Positions 36,463 to 40,890 of a stretch of 40,890 nt of DNA are shown in pieces; the stretch's first letter is position 1; the number at the start of each line of letters is the position of its first letter. Made by a program: the position numbers and the translations under genes. The notes below the pieces were generated by a model. The model was not told the DNA's origin, made no database searches, and saw only the letters and a list, made by a program, of their open reading frames with translations. This DNA is from Octopus bimaculoides. Taxonomy: Eukaryota. The stretch spans positions 89,089,315-89,130,204 of the forward strand of contig NC_068981.1 of NCBI RefSeq assembly GCF_001194135.2, read 5' to 3'.

Positions 36463-37699
36463 CATATAGTCTGAGTATCCATATGCACTCGTATATTTGT
36501 CACTATAGTGGGGATTTTAGTCAAAGTGTACAGTAATATATAACTCTTACGGTTTTGCACTGTTGAAGTGGATGCTAGATAACAGTATGTTTATGTAATA
36601 CTGCGTGCTGGTAAGATCTGCCAGGTATGGAAACAATCTTATTGGATAAACAAATACATCCGATGCGGGGACGCTGTGAAGAAGACGAAATGAAGTAAAA
36701 TTTATATCAATAGTTATAGCTTTCGGTTTCAAATTAGAAATGCATGTGTGTGTGTGTGAAGGGGGTTAGTAGTTGGGATTCTTGCAGGTTATGTAGGGTC
36801 GGAATGTAATAGGGTTAATATATGTAAAGAGTTGGTGGGAAGAGGATGCTGGGCGGGTGTCCGAACGCTTTTTTCCATTTTTAATGAGATGTTTCTGCGT
36901 GATCTTTTGTGCATGTTTTGGTTAAACACTTAGCTGGGTTCATATGGTATGGTGGAGAAAGGGTCGAAGGTAGATGACTGGTAATTATAGTCATGATGGG
37001 GTCCATAATTACAATAAAATAACATTCTTTCATGTGGGCAAGGGCTAAAAATCTCATTTCTCCAGCTTAGGTAGATTATGTCTGTACCGAGATTTTTAAT
37101 ATTGTTATTTTCTCGGCTAAGCATACTCTTCATTTTTTCTTGCTACTAAATTAAGACTTGCACTTCTTTCCCACTTTATGGTGTACTCCATAACATCTTC
37201 CTTTAAAGACGATACGCGTCTGACCAGCGCAGTGGTATTTCGTCTCCCTTAATATACATATCCTTACTGACAAGACATAAAGCATACAAAATCAAATAGT
37301 TCCATGCATGCAAGGCTTCTTACAAATAGACGCACCAAAACATACAAAAAAGTTCATTCCCACAACGACAGAAATACTGAAGCGAAAGCGCTAGCCATCC
37401 TTTTAAATATAGAGAATCGCGTGACCACCTCGCCATGCGACCACCCCATATCACGCCAATGAACTGAAATGCTGCACTGTAAATATTACTGTACTCAGTG
37501 AGGTGAGACCAATTTTTTTGAAGGTTCTCTTAATAAGGTTAGTGACAGTTGTATCTTCTAGCATTGTCCTCACTAACCATGTCGTATCTCGTTCTTAGTG
37601 TCCATCTGATAGTGTGAACAATGACCGTTTCTATTACACATTAGATCAGGCACTGACTACTAGCTTTAAAATACTAAAGTAATATTTGAAAAAAGCTTT

Positions 37700-38700
37700 A
37701 GTTAGAAGCCGGAGTGGTTGAGAAGGTTTTTAGAGAAAAGAGATGTCAGGAGAGACGTAGTTTTATAAAAAAAACAAACAACGGAACTGTTAAAAGAAAG
37801 AGTAGAGCGTGATGAGTGAGGAGGCAAAGAAGAATTCATAATAAAGGAAGTAGAGAAAGGAGAAGTAACAGGAAAGAAAGCAGTAGGGTAGCAAAAAAAA
37901 AAAAGAAAGAGTGAAAAGGCGAGATAAAAAGGGAGGAAATGAAGGACGAATTGGCAAGATAATTGGAGTGCAGATGTAATAAAATAAATATAGAAAGGAG
38001 ACAGAGAAATAAAATGAAAGGATAAAAGAAATGAGAAAGGGAAGATTAAAACAGAGATGGGGAGGAAAGAAAGACAGATAATAAAGAATGGATAAAATAT
38101 AAGGATAGAAATAAGGAATAGAGATAAAATTGGAGGAGTAAAAGAAGATAGGTACCAGAGTAAGAAACCGTTAAGGGATAATAATAAAATGTCAAAGAGG
38201 AAGAAGAAATGCCATAAATTTAGTTTTATCGAAGTAATGAATGGGGGAAACAATATGTAAGTAGCATAGAGTTTAGAACTAAGTCTCTGATTAGAAAAGA
38301 AGGAAAGGTGAAGTATTTGGTTCTTAAAACAGAGAAATAGGAAGAGCAGAGTAACAGATAAAATAGTGGTAACATGCGAGAAGCTATATGAGATTAGGGG
38401 TTGAGAAGAAACTGAGATGGTAGAATAGAACGACGGATGCTTAGAAAGTATGCGTCTTAAAATTTATACCTTTCAGGAAAGTAGGAAAGGATACAATCTG
38501 GTTGTCGCTGGATGAAAATTATAATTTGGAGAAATCTTTTTGCTGATATCTAGAGAAAGTAGCGTTGGAAATATTGGAGAAATCTTTATTTTACTCGAAG
38601 AAGGATAAGTAGGAGATAAATATTTATAAATTGTGTCATTGTCATGAAATGTTTGAGAGAGAGAGGAAAACAAAGAGGGAAGGGTGTAAGACGGTAAACG
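37700..38700 (+). repeat. ~1-kb purine-rich (GA-skewed) low-complexity tract
   Basis: Strong A/G bias on the + strand; produces the spurious F/L/S/I ORF 37702-38253. Confidence 0.75.
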
Positions 38701-39711
38701 ATAACTATTTCACAGTATTAAGAGCCTGCTATCTTTCAATGAATCAAAATTAGTTTCCTGATAAATACATGTTATTAAAAAAGATTCAGTAAGCTTTTGG
38801 CTACCAACTAAACTATATTTTCATTCACATATTTGCATTCCAAAAATTTAACATTATCATTTTTCCTTTAGTCACCTATCGTAAACGACATTTTTTATCA
38901 CTACCACAATGACGATGACGTCATATTTTCGATATGAGTGTGTTCGCACGTTCGCTACCTACGTTCGGCCGATGACTGACAAGTATATGTGTGTGAAGGC
39001 GTATGAGTCTGTAAGTATACATACATTTTTGTGACGACTGACACACACACACATCTAAAGACAGAGACGCACACACACACACAGGGACAGAGATTGGCTT
39101 CAGGTGTGCGTTAATGTACGTGTGTGTGTCTCTTAGTTTATGTATGTAGCTTCCCCATCACCACTAACAGTGAAACGCACCGATATTGAAAGTTTACTTG
39201 CAGCACGGACTTCAAACAAACGACAACGTTCACTTTCAAGTACTACCAACATAAAGTTTCGGCTGATTTAACACCACTCACAATACTCGCAAATATATCT
39301 GGAAAAAATATTCTGGTTTTATAACAAATTCGGAAACTTGACGAAGTAGAAAGCCTCAGCGGCTCTTTCAATATAATTACAGAAATGTTATTCCACTCCT
39401 TCTAACCAGTTTCCAGATATTGTTTTTAAAACTGTCCTTGTATTGTATTCTTCATCATTGTGAGTATCAACGTCGCACAACTTTTTTACTACGTTACTCA
39501 GTATTTATTCTACAGCCTATAATCTTACACAGGTCAAAAACATTATCTTCCTTTTTATACACTTCCATTATTCCATTAACTTTATATCAGCTGTGCCGAT
39601 TCTGTCCATAAGAAAGGAGCAAATAATAGAATGTGCTTGTAGGTCATAACACCAGGGCAACTCCGGGATGCATTACTAGTGTGTGTGTGTGTGTGGGTGT
39701 GTATGTGCGTG

Positions 39712-39759
<48 letters not shown>

Positions 39760-39764
39760 ACAGG

Positions 39765-39900
39765 CTTATTTCAGTTTCCCTCTACCAGGTCCACTCAGGC
39801 TTTGGTCGGTCCGAGGCTATACTAGGAGACATTTGCCCAAGTTGCTACGCAGTGGGACTGAACTCATGTGGTCGATAAGCAAACTACTTACCACACACCC
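39765..39900 (-). mobile_element. tRNA-derived SINE fragment
   Basis: The rc reads gtgtggtaagtagtttgcttatcgaccacatgagttcagtcccactgcgtagcaacttgggcaaatgtctcc...ggaaactgaaa (tRNA head plus ttgggcaa core). Confidence 0.85.
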
Positions 39901-40842
39901 ACTTCTGCTCCTGTATGTTCATTTGAAATATGTGTGCATCTTCTTCCTTCATTATAGCACCATCCATATACATGTCGTTTTATGCTATGCGTTACACGAG
40001 CACGGGAGAGTTTAATGTGGATTCTATATCTAACTCTATTCGCATGGTAACTCATGCAGTTTTTGCACATAACGAAGTATTAAGTATGGATGCATGCATT
40101 TGTGTATGAATGCATGTAAGCAAGTATATATATATATATATANNNNNNNNNNNNNNNNNNNNNNNNNNNNNNNNNNNNNNNNNNNNNNNNNNNNNNNNNN
40201 NNNNNNNNNNNNNNNNNNNNNNNNNNNNNNNNNNNNNNNNNNNNNNNNNNNNNNNNNNNNNNNNNNNNNNNNNNNNNNNNNNNNNNNNNNNNNNNNNNNN
40301 NNNNNNNNNNNNNNNNNNNNNNNNNNNNNNNNNNNNNNNNNNNNNNNNNNNNNNNNNNNNNNNNNNNNNNNNNNNNNNNNNNNNNNNNNNNNNNNNNNNN
40401 NNNNNNNNNNNNNNNNNNNNNNNNNNNNNNNNNNNNNNNNNNNNNNNNNNNNNNNNNNNNNNNNNNNNNNNNNNNNNNNNNNNNNNNNNNNNNNNNNNNN
40501 NNNNNNNNNNNNNNNNNNNNNNNNNNNNNNNNNNNNNNNNNNNNNNNNNNNNNNNNNNNNNNNNNNNNNNTTAAACTATATTTTTTTTTAATTCTTTTCA
40601 TATTTTGCTTTTAGTTTTATAGATTTCGTTTGGAAAAAGTATGCATGCATAAGTTCATTAGTGCTTCAAGTCTTTCTGGGCCTCATTATTTGATTCAAAC
40701 ATCAGTAGTGGCGTGTTGTTTTCGTTTATGGTCTATCTATTTATGTATGTATCGAACTATCATCTAAATGCCTGTCTATCTATTTAACAAACAATTTTCC
40801 TACTTATATATCTATCTGTGCATCAAGCTAACCTATCTTTCA

Positions 40843-40890
<48 letters not shown>
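40843..40890. repeat. (CT)n microsatellite
   Basis: Directly visible. Confidence 0.95.

Overview
AT-rich, almost entirely non-coding animal DNA from a fragmented draft scaffold. I count 13 N-gaps totalling about 4.2 kb, most bordered by microsatellites. The SINEs present (core 'cctttcggggtcgataaattaagtaccagt', head 'gtggcttagtggttagg...gagttcgattc') match my recollection of Octopus repeats, so an octopod genome is inferred, not proven. The window is a transposon graveyard: Penelope-like (PLE) RT and GIY-YIG remnants, a mariner transposase fragment, RTE and CR1-group LINE fragments, several tRNA-derived SINEs (some with clear target-site duplications, TSDs), and five fragments of restriction-like-endonuclease (RLE; R4/Dong-type) LINEs. 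No intact gene can be called. The long ORFs in the supplied track are microsatellite or N-gap artefacts or TE remnants, and only a weak chain of possible 3' exons (1547-5480, +) was found. Best leads: (1) a bulge-free 40-position hairpin at 36303-36395 with pre-miRNA-like features; (2) two RLE-LINE families apparently targeting different microsatellites, (TACA)n and (TAA)n, yet sharing a 3'-terminal motif; (3) a 92-nt tRNA-like tailless insertion with an 11-bp TSD inside the PLE RT; (4) a ~420-bp foldback element. I found no evidence for a wholly new multi-gene system.
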